Counted from the first letter of the whole stretch, positions 27,281-40,379 are shown. The stretch: 63,382 nt of DNA, filler included, from Octopus bimaculoides (GCF_001194135.2; 6 parts of 6 records of this genome joined end to end with filler, not necessarily neighbours in it); one strand, 5' to 3'. Program-made: numbers and translations. Notes: generated by a model not told the origin, from the sequence alone.

Positions 27281-28269
27281 ACACCATCGAATACATATCT
27301 TCAACAGGTGTCAACACAAAAAGAGAGAACATTGAAATTTTTAGCTAAATTTTATATTTCTCACAAAAGAAACAGTCATTAAAATATCAACGAAATAAAT
27401 GAATCATGATTATAATACGTACTCTGCTCACACCGCCTATCACTAGTAAAACAGCCATTGGTCCATCGCCAGCAGGTGTCACATATATTTTTAAAGAATT
27501 AAAAAGGAAAAGAAAAGGGAAACAACAACGAAACAAAAAGTACCTCATTTCCCAAACAAGGCTTTTCATTCACAATGACGCTTTTCATTCATTAAGTATG
27601 TGTGTCTTTTCCTTCTCGTTAAATCAGTCACTGATGTTGTTATTGGTGTTGATGATGCCTAGGGTATCACTGAATGAGCATAAAAGTTCAAAAGTATTGC
27701 AGCCACAACCATCTCGTCATTTTCACTTTATTACATAACTTTCGTGCATCAGACAAAATATCTTACAGAATTTATTCCGACAAACAATCCGGAATAAATT
27801 CCGTACTGCGTGGAAATCCCATCGAGATCAACTTTGACTTTTTTCCTTGGAGTGTCGATAAAAATACTCTACCTTTTAAATACAGATTTGCTGTCATTGA
27901 CTACCTTCCACCCTCAGCAATTGCAATCCGTGTGCCTCAATTGGAAATATTTATCATTAGAAGACTGGTGGATTGACAGAATCGTTTAAGTGACGGAGAC
28001 AATGCTTTGTAATATTTCTTTTGTCCCATTACGTTTTGAGTTCAAATCTTGCCGAGCTCAACTTTATCTTTCATCTTTTTGATGTCGATAAAATAAAGTA
28101 CTAACACCTCGCCTAAAAAGTTGCTGGCCTTGTGCCTAAACAAGAAGCAATTATTACTACTACTACTGATATTGTTGCTGCTGCTATTGCCTTTGTTGTC
28201 GTTTTTTTCAGAATCTACCTACTCTCGATCAAATTCTGCGATGTATTCTCTTTCTTTTACGACTAAAAA

Positions 28270-29400
28270 GGCGTGATTTGAGGGGTTCGAAAACAATTAG
28301 GGTCTCGACGGTGACCGGGACGAACAGAAAGCAACCAAACTTTAAGGGTTCAGGAACAACTAAAAACTGGACGGTGACCGGTACGAACAGATATCAGCCG
28401 GCCAAACTCCGGTATTTGGCTACCTTCCTCACCTCTGCATTGCGGGCGGCGACAACTGGATTTGCGACTGATGCAGCAAGTCTGAAGACGGAGAACATCG
28501 CGTCCCAGATTAGTGATTTACTTCCCTGGTATGCGAAAAGGGTTATTCCGTCGGGGCGTTTATCATCCCCGTGGTGAAGACCTGCTGGACCTAGTTGTGA
28601 TAGGAAGGCGGCCACGTCGTGGCCCTTTCTGATGAGCAGCGTGTCAAGGGATCCGGCCCGCACTATGACAGCAAGATAATGGATGCAGGCCGAATTCAGC
28701 TACAACTCTACAACAGCATTTGTGCGGTTCACACACGTAGAGACCGAGGCGCTAGACCACTCGATACGAGTGCACTCATTATCAAGTAGAGCTGATGAGG
28801 AGGGCATTGAATTGTACCACACAGTGCTGTTTGGCTGCGAAGTGGATCTGAAGCAGGCGAGGAGGTGCTAGGAAATCTCAATCAGCTTGAAGGTGGGCTT
28901 GCACTTGATATCGTCTCAGTTACGTTTGACATCTATAGTATAGGGGACGACGAGGTCATCAACGATCTCATCGATCATACTGACTCGAACTCCCGGGTCA
29001 TATCAGGTTCATCTCACCGAGTACCTTGCTAATGAGAGTACGACTAAAGATAGAGGAAATTTCGGCAGGCAGCGCCAGGCACGAAGGCCACCGAATTTCA
29101 TGATTATTTTCGCGAGTTGCCAGTCGGTACTGTTAGAATTAACATTGTAGATCAGTTCAGCTCAGTGCCGGATGGTAGCATCGATTTTGCCGAGGCTATC
29201 AAGAGAAGGTGACATGGCGCACTGTGGAAGGGTGCCAGGTGCGCATCAATGAGGCGCAATCTCGTCCTCATCCTCGGACAGGTTCGCAAGCTTGGTCTAA
29301 AGGTTCTCTCGTACGGCTTTTGGGAGGATAAGGGAGTAAAGAATGTAGACGGAGTCTTTCGGCGTCAGCCGAGCTCCGCCACGCCTATAGAATTCTCAGC
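28270..29400 (-). mobile_element. CRE-like non-LTR retrotransposon remnant with restriction-like endonuclease
   Basis: GPAGL..GDDKRPDGITL...SLIWDA...AARNAEVRKVAKYRSL...FVPVTVETL, plus upstream WYNSMPSS..LLDNE; GC-rich island; stops and frameshifts. Confidence 0.8.
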
Positions 29401-29436
29401 TAATAATATATACGCTTGGGAGAGGGAGAGAAAAAA

Positions 29437-29474
<38 letters not shown>

Positions 29475-29579
29475 TAATATGTGCGCTTGAAAGAGAAATA
29501 GATAAGATAAAGAGAGAGGGGGGGAGACAGAAAGAAAGAAAGAAATAAAAGAAAGAAATAAAAGAAAGAAATAAAAGAA

Positions 29580-29611
<32 letters not shown>

Positions 29612-29748
29612 AAAGGAGGGAGAAGTAATTTGATATCCTTACACATAAATAATAGTCAAACACCTCAAGCTAGACATAGTCATGAAGACACTAACTCATG
29701 CACACTATTACACGGACCATTGTGCTGTCATTATAAGCAGACCCTCAC

Positions 29749-29781
29749 CTGGTTACTTTGCATTGTGGGAAGGTGCCACTG
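29749..29781 (-). CDS. Candidate exon 2 (33 nt; SGTFPQCKVT)
   Basis: ctactctgtctctttacttgttctag acceptor (NAGNAG), CAG|gtgagg donor, phase 2-2. Confidence 0.45.
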
Positions 29782-29859
29782 CTAGAACAAGTAAAGAGAC
29801 AGAGTAGGGCAGTTATTTTATCAAGCAACAGGCACAGCTGAGGAGGTGTGATAACAGGA

Positions 29860-30481
29860 AAGGAGGAGGAGGAAGGACGGGAAGTGACATATTTAGAAAG
29901 GGCAAAATACAGAGGTGGTGAGCAGTGGTAGTGGTTGTGATGACGATGATGGTGAGAATGGTGGAGATGGAAAGGGGGTGGGGGATGATAATAGTGGGGG
30001 TTAAGAAAGGGATGGTGGTAGTGGTGGTGAAAGGTAGAGGAGTATGACGATGGAGATATGAAGGGGGAAAGAGATGGAGAAAATATAAGGACAAGGGAGA
30101 CGAATGATAAAAGAAAATAAAAGGCTGAAGAGGTGGTGGTGAGAGGAGGGTTTTGTGGTGGTGGTGGTGGTGGTGGAGTGCGTGGATAGAGGGAAGAAGA
30201 AGAAGAAGAAGAAGAAGAAGAAGAAGAAGAAGAAGAAGAAGAAGAAAAAGAAGAAGAAGAAGAAGAAGAAGAAGAAGAGGTGTTGGAGGAGGAGGAGGAG
30301 GAGGAGGAAGAAGAAGAAGACGNNNNNNNNNNNNNNNNNNNNNNNNNNNNNNNNNNNNNNNNNNNNNNNNNNNNNGGAAGAGGAGGAGGAGGAGGAGGAG
30401 GAGGAAGAAGAAGAAGAAGAAGAAGAAGATGAAGAAGAAGAGGTGTTGGAGGAGGAGGAGGAGGAGGAGGAGGAGGAAGAA

Positions 30482-30528
<47 letters not shown>

Positions 30529-31020
30529 AGAGGAAGGAGGAAAAGGAGGAAGAAGAAGAAGAGAAGGAAGGGGAAGGAGAAGGAGAACAGCAAGAACAAA
30601 GACAAGAGGAAAGAAAGAAGAGGAGGAGGGGAAGAACGGGAACAAGAAGAGAAGGAAGGGGAAGAGTAGAAGAACAAGAAGAAAAAGAAGAAGAGAAGGG
30701 GAGAATAAGGAAAAAAGGATGAGGAGGAGGAAGGGAAGAACAAGAATAAGAGAGGGAAGAGGAGGGAAAGAACAAGAAAAAGGAGAAGAGAAGGCGGTGG
30801 AGGAGGTGGAGGAAGAGGGAGTGAGTAAGAGAAGAAGGAGGAAGGGAGGAAGGGAAGAAAGGTGTGCAGAAGAGGAAGAACAGGTGTAAGAACGGGAGGA
30901 GGAGGCGAGAGGAGGAGGAGGAGGAGGAGGAGAAAAGAAGAAGAAGAAGAAGAAGAAGACGAAGAACAACAACAACAACAACAACAACAACAAGATGGAT
31001 GGATGGATGGATGGATGGAA
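29860..31020. repeat. Purine-rich compound (AAG/GAG/GTG/AAC)n microsatellite block
   Basis: Direct reading; source of the poly-E/K/R/S pseudo-ORFs. Confidence 0.95.
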
Positions 31021-31499
31021 GAGTAGGAGGAGCGAAGATAGATTTGGGGAAGTGAGCGGTAAAGAGTGTGATAGAAGACGTTGAGGAAGATGACCCGGCA
31101 GCGATGGATGTGAAAACGGGGGTTATTGATGTCGTTGTTGTTTAGTCGCAGGTCGGGTTGGAATGAACAACCGTAACCTTCCGGTCTTCTTTCTGTGGAC
31201 AAGGAACCCACAATCACATTATTCAATGTATCCCTCTCTAAGACGGTTATGCGTAGTTTGAAGGTATTTTAGCTACTATTTTTAGCAGGTTGAGAAACCA
31301 TGTGGTGGGAAGAAGGAGAGAATTGTAGAAAATAGAAAACAGAAAAAAGGTGCAAGAAAAATGGGAAAATATGCCAAAGAGAGACGTGTGACCTATGAAA
31401 GGTGACAGGAAAGGAGAAGAAGGAACATTACTATAACACAATGTTGTTTAGCGCCCTGACTAAACAGACTAGTGGTCAGAAGTGTTTCAACCAAGACAT

Positions 31500-31950
31500 T
31501 TTGGAGGGGGATTTTCAGTAAATGTCTTGCGAATTTATGTTCTACGCACGGGAATTCATACGACGAAGAAAATCTTTTTAGAATTTTTTAAAACCTACAC
31601 CCCCACCGTACCCATAAATTCTAAAAGCTCCACTCTTTTCCGATTTTTCTTTTTTTTCTTCTTTTTATCAGAATTTACGGACAGTCCGAATATTTTTCCC
31701 CTAAATCCCAACAATGGACCACCCTTGGGTGCATCATCATTCCATTAAATGTGTTGTTTATGAGAAGAAAAATATTGAAAAACATCAATGCATGTCACAG
31801 TGACAACAAAATAAGGAAGGTATAAGATGGTCGTGAGTTGTGCTAAAATATAACAGCTAAATAACCCTTAAATCACACACTATTTTTTCTTCATAATTGT
31901 ATGAATTCCCGTGTCTACACAGATTCGCAAAACTTTTCTGCAAATTCTCA
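31500..31950. mobile_element. Non-autonomous DNA element with ~70-bp imperfect TIRs
   Basis: Perfect inverted cacgggaattcatac (31547) / gtatgaattcccgtg (31899), extending with ttgcgaat/attcgcaa. Confidence 0.6.
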
Positions 31951-32624
31951 AAAATAAAAAAGTTATGAGGGGTTATATTGGGTGCTTAAACCAGAATTCT
32001 GCTGTATTATTATTATTATTATTATTATCATTATTATTATTATTATTATTATTATTGAATACGGTAGGCCCTCATAAAACTTTGATTAAGAGATAATATC
32101 AAAGCAATTAGTTGACAAAACCTCCCGATAGGGCTGTTTGAAATATAAAATATGAAATTGAACAAAAGAGATAATGAACATCAAAGTGGATATAGTCTTT
32201 ACAGCCAAATAGTGAAATCAACGGAANNNNNNNNNNCCCCCCCACACACACACACACACACACTAGTGTGTTATATTCTACATATTTGCAAAGAGTAGTG
32301 TGAACTACATTGTCCAATTTAGAAACCTTCGTTGTAGGACGTTTGAATTAATTGAACAGGGTAAAATAGAATAATTCAAGAATGGGAAAGGATTAAAGGT
32401 TAATGTAAATATGAATAGCAAAACAAAAGTATTTCGTTTACTACATCACATGCTCACAAGGCAATCAAAACTATATCGACCAAAGGGGATCAAAATCAAC
32501 ACATTGGGTTAGAGTAAACAAGCAACAAATCAAAGTCTTAGAAATGTACCATTCGGTCATTTGTACAAATGAAAGATTCGGAATATTCCAAATATGTGAT
32601 GTTCTCTAGAGGGAAGTTAATGCA

Positions 32625-32810
32625 GAGGAGGTATGGTTGTGTGGTAAGAAGCTTGCTTCTCAACCACTTCGTTCCAGGTTTAGTCCCACTAAATTCACTC
32701 TGCCAGAGATTGGAAAACACATTGGGTAAGTGTCTTCTACTATAACCGGAGCCGACCAAGGCTTTCTAGATTTAGCAGACAGAAACTGAAAGAAGCACGT
32801 CGTATATGTT

Positions 32811-32863
<53 letters not shown>

Positions 32864-33075
32864 CTATGCGTGTGTGCCTCTGTATTTGTCCCCTACCACT
32901 GCTTGACAACCGGTGATGTGTTTATGTTCTCCATAACTTTGCAGTTTGGCAAAAGCGACCGATAGAATAAGTACTGGGCTTTAAAATATATGTCCTGAGA
33001 TCGATTTGCTCGACTGAAACCCTTCAAGGCGGTGCCTCAGCATAGCTACAACCAAACGACTAAAAGAAGTAAAAA
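32625..33075 (+). mobile_element. SINE family A, full length
   Basis: Match to the 16477 copy. Confidence 0.85.
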
Positions 33076-33333
33076 CAGATAAGGGTCTATTTTTCGGTTT
33101 CGTACTGTTGATTATAGGGGCTTAAACTATCTTTGAAGCTACAGTTGGCCAGGAGCTTATCATTGTAGGGAACTACATTAACGAATATTTCTTTAGAGAA
33201 GCGATGAGCTTTCCTACTGAGCTGATATTGGCATGAAACTAATATTTTCAAACCCTACAGTGGGGAGTTTACAAGCATGATAGATATAATAATGTTATTG
33301 ATAAGGATTTTGACGTTGATGATGATGATGATG

Positions 33334-33364
<31 letters not shown>

Positions 33365-33514
33365 CTATCATCATCATCATCATCATAATATTAGTAGTGC
33401 TGGTGGTGGTGGTGGTGCTTTTGTAATCGTCATCGTCGTCGTTGAAGTAACGAGTAATTTTGACAATTAAAACGCGCAAATATGTAAAGAGACAAGATCG
33501 GAATAAGTACTTAC

Positions 33515-33564
33515 ATAATAACAAAGAAAACAAAATGAAAGAAAGGATAAACAGTATGAGCCAT
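33515..33564 (-). CDS. Candidate first coding exon (exon 33583-33515; ATG at 33564) encoding signal-peptide-like MAHTVYPFFHFVFFVI
   Basis: ttgtctctctttggtgttatttag acceptor, |gtaagt donor, GATATGG Kozak context, phase 2 end matching the next exon. Confidence 0.45.
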
Positions 33565-33646
33565 ATCAACAATAGACCGAACACTAAATAACACCAAAGA
33601 GAGACAAGGCCAACAATAGCAGTAGAAGCAAGTACTGCTGCTGCTG

Positions 33647-33709
<63 letters not shown>

Positions 33710-34404
33710 GTACTACTAGCACTCTGTAAAATACTGGGCGTTGGCATTACAGGTTCTTTAATGTTGCTTCCTAAAAGTTTATAGCGTTTATATCTGAATT
33801 CAGTTGAAATATGGGTAGTAAAAATGAAGTCAGAACAAAAAAATGAAGATTGCTTAGCAATGTTACGTTTTAAATATAGAACACGTTGAAATATATATAC
33901 GTATAAAAGCAAACGCGGCGATGTTAAATCAATAAATATAATGTATAAATATATACATAGCTATATACATACACACACACACACGCACACGCACACACAC
34001 ATACACGCACATATATATACACACACATACACAGACACACAGACAGACAGATAAATAGATAGATATGCATGCATATGTATGCATGCATGCGTGTGTGTAT
34101 GTGTGAGTATGTATATATTTGTGTGTGCACAAATATATACATACACACACATGAATGCATGTTTATATATTGTTTATTTAACTGTTCATATACTTTTATT
34201 ATTTTATTTTCTTAATGTTTCAGTCATTTAAATGCGGCCATGCTGGAGCACCACCTTTAAGAGTTTTTAGTTTTTAGTTGAACAAATCGACCCTTGTACT
34301 ATCGGTAATTTTTGCCGAACCGCTACGTTACGGGGCGCAAACGCACCACACCGACTTGTCAAATGATGGAGGGATAAACACAGACACGAAGATACACACA
34401 CGTA

Positions 34405-34437
<33 letters not shown>

Positions 34438-34689
34438 ATGTATGTGTGTGTGTGTGTGTGTACAGTGTGCGATGGGTAGATTGTCTCTATTTTATATTTT
34501 TAATTTCGCGCATGCGTATTGTTTGTTTTTGATTTTGTCAGCTACACAGTATTGTAGGGTCAGTTGGGCACCGTTTGTGAGGAAAACACCACGCAATTCA
34601 CTCTGCCAGAGATTGGAAAACGACATGCTGTACTGCTGGGCATTCGCGCCGGGGGCTCCAATACGAACATTTCAGAATGTTTGGGTGTC

Positions 34690-35155
34690 AATCTGAAGAC
34701 AGTGCAATCTGGGGACATGTACCGAGAGTGATAAAAATCAAACATCCAGTCAACATCAGGGTGTTTGGAGTGATCACAAGTGATCACGTTATGCTTCCAT
34801 TCATCTTCCCATACGGCCTCAGATTCAACACGGAGGCCTACATCAAGTGCCTGAAGAAGTTAGTACTGCCCTCGATGAAGAGGGTTGCTGCTGTCTGGCA
34901 ACAAAACTCTGCACCATGCCACATAAGCAGGAGAACCCAATCATGGCTGTCAAACAATTTCTGCGATCACATCACCCCTGACATCTGGCCACCTAACTCC
35001 CCAGACTGCAATGCCCTTAATCACTATTAGTGGGGCGCAGTTGAGCGAGAGACCAACAAACTCCTTGCAGCATTCACCAAATGAGACAAGGAGACCGTCC
35101 AGAAGAGTTGCAGGAGATTCCGGAGTCGTCTGGAGGCCGTGGTTGAAACTAATGG
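34690..35155 (+). mobile_element. Tc1/mariner transposase remnant (maT/DD37D-like)
   Basis: VFGVITSD...FIFPYGLRFNTEAYIKCL...WQQNSAPCH...WPPNSPDCN...WGAVERETNK...CRRFRSRLEAVVE. Confidence 0.9.
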
Positions 35156-35199
35156 CACCGTCCCTCTGTACATCTTATCCTATAGACTACATTCTTAGG

Positions 35200-35790
35200 T
35201 ATACGGTTTGTTTGTGGGCTAAATCTACATAAGTACAGTTCCTATCAGTACAGGGGGTTCTACTAAAAGGGTAGGTTCTACCGATTAGGGATTTGATAGG
35301 GTTGCCTGGCCTTTCTACAACCTTAATTCTTAGCTGAAATTTGTCTAGGGCCCTTCTAAAGCGGTACATCGGTTCGCCTCTAGGGGTGATGTCGACGAAC
35401 ATGACACTTTGGTATTTGTGGCTATCATACATTGAGTTGGCCTTCCCTATTTTCTTCTTAGTCCTTTCAATGGTGTTCCATGATTTGCTCCTATGTAGGG
35501 TCGCACATGCGGGACACATTACTCATAACTCTGATGAGGTCTGCCATCAATATATTGAATTTGGCATTGTCTGCGATGGCTGAGTTCCGGTGGGGCAGAT
35601 ATTTGGAGGCCATAGGTTTGGCATAGTGTGACTAAAGGATTCGAGTTTTATTATTCACAGTTTCCAGCCAGAGTTCTGTATCTAGTAATGGTAATCTATG
35701 GTTAGGGTGTTTCGTAGGGTAGTCTATCGTGACCTTAATACTCTGGTGGATGGAGTTAGCTACTTGCTAGATACTCTCCATACTATTAGT
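35200..35790 (-). mobile_element. Penelope-like element remnant (RT thumb and linker)
   Basis: ANSIHQSIKVTIDYP...LPLLD...HYAKPMAS and VMFVDITPRGE...IKVVERPG...PFSRTPC. Confidence 0.8.
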
Positions 35791-35899
35791 TTCTATTTCT
35801 ATTTCAAGAGTACACACACACACACATATACATGCATATATGCGCATATACGCATACATACACATGTGCACCCGTATATACATATGTATACATATATAT

Positions 35900-35930
<31 letters not shown>

Positions 35931-36142
35931 TATACATATACATACACACCTGTATATATACACACACTCATACGTCCACATTTATACATATGCACATACG
36001 TACCTACGCATATACAAATATACACATGTATGCGTGTCCCCANNNNNNNNNNNNNNNNNNNNNNNNNNNNNNNNNNNNNNNNNNNNTTAATTAATTAANN
36101 NNNNNNNNNNNNNNNNNNNNNNNNNNNNNNNNNNNNNNNNNN

Positions 36143-36189
<47 letters not shown>

Positions 36190-36660
36190 CTTTTGTAGTG
36201 CAAGCATATTCAAAGTTAAAACTTCAGGCATTCTGAGTTTCACTTTGTATTGTTTCCAAAGAAAAAATCAGTCTGGTAATTGAGGGAAATCCTAGCTCTG
36301 AATAACTTAATAAATTTAACATGTATTGAGTACGTTTTTAGTCTTGGCTACAAATTAAATCACACACAGACACACACACATATTTCTTTATTGATTAACT
36401 GTGAAGCTACTTAGGTGATTCAGGAGCAGAGAGTTTGATTTGTGCAAATGCACTTATCACACTTTTGTTAAGCTCATTTGTAGGAAAGTCTCAGCTCTTG
36501 AAATTATTATGCAGCTTCACTGTTAATAAATAAATAAATATATGCACTCGACCAATGCAACGATTTCTGTTCTCTAATTTGCATCACCAAAGTTCTATGT
36601 GTATATATACAACATATGTGGGCATCTGTGTGGGTACGTTTGCGTGTGTTTGTACATATA

Positions 36661-36698
<38 letters not shown>

Positions 36699-37672
36699 CG
36701 TTCCTATAATGTTAAAGTGTTGCATGTCCAAATTTGACCAAATATGTTCTTTTCCAATATTTATTTTTGCTTGCAATAGCTGGTTCTTTTGGACAAACTA
36801 TCGTATCTCCAGCTGTTTCAGATGCCAAGATATCAAAAATTGTCAAAGTGTAGTACAACAGCTTTGCTATGGAATGGTGAAACTATTTTTAAGCTTTCTG
36901 AAAAAGCAATGTTTTGGACTTACGACACTTCTGCATAATTTAGTTTTTTATCTATGCGCCCTTTTAAAGCCTAGCCAGGCTCATGGGCACGGTTTCCCAG
37001 TTTCTATGGTGTATGTGTTTCCCCTAGCTGGTCGGGACACCAGTCCATTGCAGCTTTACTCAAGAAACAGGAAGAAAGAATGAGAGAAAGTTGGGGCGAA
37101 AGACTACAACAGGGGTTTGTAGATTAAAATCAAGTGGTGAAATTTATTGTCATTTCTGTGGACAAGCTGACCACATGCTCTATTTTTGAAAACATTTAGA
37201 ATTACCCTTACTAGAAAAAAAAGGGCAAGGCTTGGTGACAAGATGGGCATCTAACTGTAAAACAGTACCTAAGTATTGTCACCTAACCCATGCTAACATG
37301 GAAAAACAAATGTTAAAAACAAATAAAGGTATTTCAAGAAATTTCTATCAAGTTTAAGATATTAGCTCTAAATGCTTGGTTTTCTATTGAATACATTGAG
37401 AGGACAACAACAACTTAGAGTATACATAGAGTTATTCCAAGTGAAGGAATGAAAGACTATAAGACACCTATAATGGTAATTCCTAAATTTATCCTCTGTC
37501 AACCATTTAAGCTGTTAATGGTTAAATGGTCAGTAAATGTGAAATTTGGGAAATGACCAAATCACTGTGCTTTTGAAATTGTAATTAATATATTTTCCTT
37601 TCTGAAATCGATTGTGGATACTGTAGATTATAATTCTACAATGAGGAACAGATAATTATTATCATTTGTTAC

Positions 37673-37704
<32 letters not shown>

Positions 37705-39188
37705 GTTTGGTATTTGCTTTGTATTTGTACAAGTTAACTCCAAGTCTTACCCAGAGACCTCAAGAGACAACAAGCTAGAAGTTCAAGTGCTCAGGGTACC
37801 ACACAGTGGAACTGAACCCAAAACCATGTGGTTGGGAAGCCAGCTTCTTACCACACAGCCATGCCTGCACTATGTTATACTTATTTCTGCTTATCAACTC
37901 CTCCATATTCTGTTTCTCTTCCTCAGTCCTCACAATAAAACATTTTCCATCAAGAAAAGGCTCATATGTGTCTATATGGTTAAGAATTTTGCTTCTTACT
38001 CATATAGTTTTGGCTTCAGTCCAACAGCAAGACACTCTGGACAAGTGTCTTCTGCTACAGCCTTGAGCTGACCAAAGCATTGTGAGTGGATTTGATAGAC
38101 AGCAACTAAGAGTCCATCATGAGTGTGCACGTGTGTGTGTACGTGTATGTGTGTGAGAGAGAGAGATAAAAAGAGAGAGAGTGTGTGTGCTCATGTCTCC
38201 TTGTCAGAGCTTCACATCATAGTTACAAACAAGAGTCCCATTATGCATTACACTGAAACTTCGACTTTAAAAACTTTGCTATAACTGTGCAAGAGCTATG
38301 GGCAACACACAGCATGCAAGAGCTATGGGCACCGCCGTTTATCTTGTGAGGCGATGATACTGACGCTGGTGATGATGACAATGATGACAATGATGATGAT
38401 GAAGATCATATAATAACGATGACGATGCAATGACAATGATTATGAAAGATATTAATTGCTTCAACTTTCTCAGGAAATATTTTAGGTCTCATGCTTCGAA
38501 ACCGACAGAAGAGCATTTATAAAATGCTATATTTCTATCAACAACCTCAACAGAATTATAATTGTCTGTGTGCATGTGCATGTGTGTGTGCGTGTGCGTG
38601 TGCGTGTGTGTGTGTGTGTGTGTTTATTCTTTTCTAAGCTGCAATGGCTTCATCGCCATAACCTTCACAATCACCAAAAATACAGTTTTTGATAAATGTT
38701 AGACATGTCTATGGTTTTCTTCAAATAAAAATAAAATAAAATAAACAAATAAATTTTTCTAATTCTTTTCCTTCAATACTCATGGTATCTGGCTTCTTTC
38801 AAAATACACGTTGTCATCCTATGTTAGATGATTTTATAGGATAATAAAAACATACAAATGCAGAGCAGGAGCAGTAGGTGGGGAGGTAGGTGGAAGAAAT
38901 ATAGTCAGAACTAAAATGTAAAAGAAAATAAAAAAAATACATTAAAAATTATTTTTGAAATAGAGTTAAAAATCACTAAGAAAGAAGAAAAAAACTGAAA
39001 AAACTCTGATAGAAATGAGAATTTACTTTCTGAGTTACACGTGATCTTTGAAAGAGAAGCTAATATGAGGAAGATAACCTAAATAAATTCTTTAAGAGAC
39101 GTGAAGAAGACTCAATGGAGTAGAACAGACTGATTTCCAGATTATAAGACATGATTTACTTATACAATAATGTTTGTATGTGAGTAAG

Positions 39189-39840
39189 GAGGTGAGCTGG
39201 CAGAAACGTTAGCACGAAATGCTTAGTGGTATTTCGTCTGCCGTTACGTTCTGAGTTCAAATTCCGCCAAGGTCGACTTTGCCTTTCATCCTTTCGGGGT
39301 CAACTAAATAATTACCAGTTACGCACTGGGGTCGATCTAATCGACTTAATCCGTTTGTCTGTCCTTGTTTGTCCCCTCTATGTTTAGCCCCTTCTGGGCA
39401 GTAAAGAAATAAGAAACGTTAGCACACCTTGTTTGTCCCTTCTATGTTTAGCCCCCTTAAAGAAATAAGAAATGTTAGCACGCAGGGCAAAATGCTTTGT
39501 GGTATTTCATCTGCAGTTACNNNNNNNNNNTAAGTATCAGTTACGTACTGCGGTCGATGTAATCGACTTAATCCCTTTGTCTGTCCTTGTTTGTCCCTTC
39601 TATGTTTAGCCCCTTGTGGGCAATAAAAAAATAAGAAACGTTAGCACACCGGGTGAAATGCTTAGCAATATTTCATCTGTATTTACATACTGAGTTCAAA
39701 TTCCACTGAGGTCAACTTTGCCTTTCATCCTTTCAGGGTCGATAAATTAAGTACCAGTTGCGTACTGGGGTCAATCTAATCGACTGACCCCCCCCCAAAA
39801 AAAAAAATTCGGGCCTTGTGCCTAGAGCAGAAAGAATAAT
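39189..39840 (+). mobile_element. Nested/tandem SINE family B array (three B2-tail units stacked in the head of a B1-tail copy)
   Basis: Tail ...taaagaaata followed by agaaa(c/t)gttagcac at 39411|39412, 39467|39468 and 39633|39634. Confidence 0.85.
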
Positions 39841-40379
39841 GTTTTTATGTAAGTGGGATGTAGAAATGCACTTTATGCTACACATGGGTTTTGGGTTTTC
39901 CTTTTATTTTTAATTTTGAGGCAGGCAATATACTTTAGCCAAGGACAGAGTAGATTGATGCTGACTACTGGCAAGAGAGATGGACACAAAATATGCAAGC
40001 CATCACTAGCTGGACGCAAAATTATAGAATGGTCATGAAGTATGCACATGGTCATGGAATGTGCTCAAATCATGCATCTTGTCACAAAACGGATGCAAAG
40101 CATGCATGTATTAATAGATGGACACAATGCATGCAGACAGTCACAGAATGGACACAGAGTAAGCACATAATCACAGGCAAAATAAAATATGCATAACATG
40201 GCCACACAATGAACCTAAAGCATACCCCTAACCAAGGGATAAACCAAATATTTATGTACATGGTCGTGGTGTAGATATGAAGCAGGCACTTAATCACAGG
40301 CACAAATCATGCATATGTCAAAACAGATAGATGCAAGTTATCGTTATTAGTCACTCTACATGGTTCCATGGTGTAAAAG

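Noticed and set aside
29745-31226. 493-aa and overlapping poly-Ser/Glu/Lys/Pro ORFs
   Set aside because: Stop-free trinucleotide microsatellite open in several frames on both strands; only the 33-nt exon at its end is retained.
31672-31819. Exon-like segment with a strong acceptor and kelch-like EYFSPKSQQWTTL
   Set aside because: Lies inside the TIR-bounded element 31500-31950, and the rest of the peptide is not kelch-like.
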